NCBI GenBank assembly: GCA_034521595.1
Contig: JAXHMG010000003.1
Location: forward strand, 1,216,001 to 1,280,000
From: Gemmatimonadota bacterium
GTDB lineage: Bacteria; Gemmatimonadota; Gemmatimonadetes; Longimicrobiales; Gaopeijiaceae
Length of the DNA stretch: 64,000 bases
Reading direction: 5' to 3'
Below the pieces are notes generated by a model. That model was not told the origin of the DNA. It did not search any database and saw nothing but the letters and a program-made list of their open reading frames with translations. Shown in pieces: positions 63,109 to 64,000 of the stretch (position 1 is the stretch's first letter; the number at the start of each line of letters is the position of its first letter). The translations under genes and the position numbers were made by a program.

Positions 63109-64000
63109 TTACGAGAGGTTCGGGTTGTTGAAGCGTTCCGTATCCGGAAGCGGGAAGCACGTGGAGGAGCCGTACAGCCCACCGAACGGAAACGGCTCGC
63201 CCGGCGCCGGATGAAGCGGAAGGTCGTAGCGCTTCATATCCATCAGGTGATGGCTCTCCAGAAAGAGCTCCGCCCGCCGCTCATAGACGATCTGGTCCAT
63301 GATCTCTTCTTCGTCCGAGCTCTCGAAATCGGGGAGATCCGCGCGATCGTGCAGCTCGTTGATGAGCGACACGGCGTCTTCCGGCCGGTTATCCGCAAGG
63401 GCCGCTTCCGCCATGATAAGCGCAGCTTCCGGCCAGCCGGCAAGCCTTACGGGAGCGTCGAGGCTGCTATACTTGCTCGTCGTCCAGAGTGGAACGCCAT
63501 AGCCCGCCACGGTCCGCCCCTCGTCGGTCACGGGCACCCGCGGGTCCGGAACTCCGTCGAAGGTCATATCCAGGTAACGCTCCCCGATCCCGACGTTCTC
63601 ATCACGCTGATTGCTGCGGTACTGCCGGTTGTGCGTAGCGTCGTTCAAGGCGGAGTACTCGAGCTCGAAGGTGAAGTCCTCCGGAACGTCGGCAACGGCA
63701 TTCCCCGCATCCGCCACCTGACCCAGGTTCAGCAGGGCGCGACCCGTCCCGATCCGTGCGAGGTTGAGGAAATCGCTCTGGCCGCTCGACTCCGCGGCGG
63801 CCATCGCCCGTTGGAAGCGGTCGATCGCCAACCCCAAGGCGTCTTCCACGCTCTGCTCGGGTCCGTTGTCGAACGCCACGCTGCACATCGATTCGCCCAT
63901 GAGCAGGTAGCTATATCCCGCCCAGGCCGCGGCCCGTGCCTCGAGCTCGGTCTTGTTCGGCACTTGAGCTTCGCCCCACTCGTCCAATCGGCCCAACATC
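63109..64000 (-). CDS. RagB/SusD family nutrient-uptake outer membrane protein (5' end lies outside the window)
   Basis: EAALIMAEA, INELHDRADLP, YERRAELFLESH.L.D.KRY, FPLPDTERFNNPN. Confidence 0.85.
   Translation of the reverse strand, partial: MLGRLDEWGEAQVPNKTELEARAAAWAGYSYLLMGESMCSVAFDNGPEQSVEDALGLAIDRFQRAMAAAESSGQSDFLNLARIGTGRALLNLGQVADAGNAVADVPEDFTFELEYSALNDATHNRQYRSNQRDENVGIGERYLDMTFDGVPDPRVPVTDEGRTVAGYGVPLWTTSKYSSLDAPVRLAGWPEAALIMAEAALADNRPEDAVSLINELHDRADLPDFESSDEEEIMDQIVYERRAELFLESHHLMDMKRYDLPLHPAPGEPFPFGGLYGSSTCFPLPDTERFNNPNLS

Overview
GC-rich bacterial window; gene content suggests Gemmatimonadota, which I have not confirmed by a 16S search. From left to right: (1) an uncharacterised secreted three-gene operon downstream of tRNA-Gly, encoding a di-haem DUF1592-type protein, a Tat-signal DUF1552 protein and a Cys-bearing ankyrin protein. 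(2) A ~33 kb minus-strand housekeeping and envelope run: era, PorV-like, rnr, GGDEF plus zinc-ribbon pair, prfB with its +1 frameshift, lysS, lolE/D, mcsA-mcsB-clpC, bamA, skp, lpxD, lpxC-fabZ, lpxA, GnnA-like, a 44-aa microprotein, lpxB, DUF374, lpxK, rlmH, bshC, murJ, uvrC. (3) A complete 16S-23S-5S rRNA operon with no spacer tRNA and a duplicated 5S 3' end plus terminator. (4) tRNA-His and tRNA-Arg(UCU) flanking a PilT-family ATPase with a duplicated N-domain and a tandem Sm/Hfq-like partner. (5) A quinoprotein region in which a qhpADCB quinohemoprotein amine dehydrogenase core lies between two PQQ-dependent sugar dehydrogenases. Best candidates for new biology: the variant QhpC (extra Cys at Cx5D spacing, altered active-site residues, no adjacent qhpEFG), the DUF1592/DUF1552/ankyrin system, the Sm-like + double-NTD PilT pair, a RomX-like zinc-ribbon protein coupled to a GGDEF protein, and a microprotein coupled to an apparent CTG start of lpxB. 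All family calls come from motif recognition; no database searches were run.
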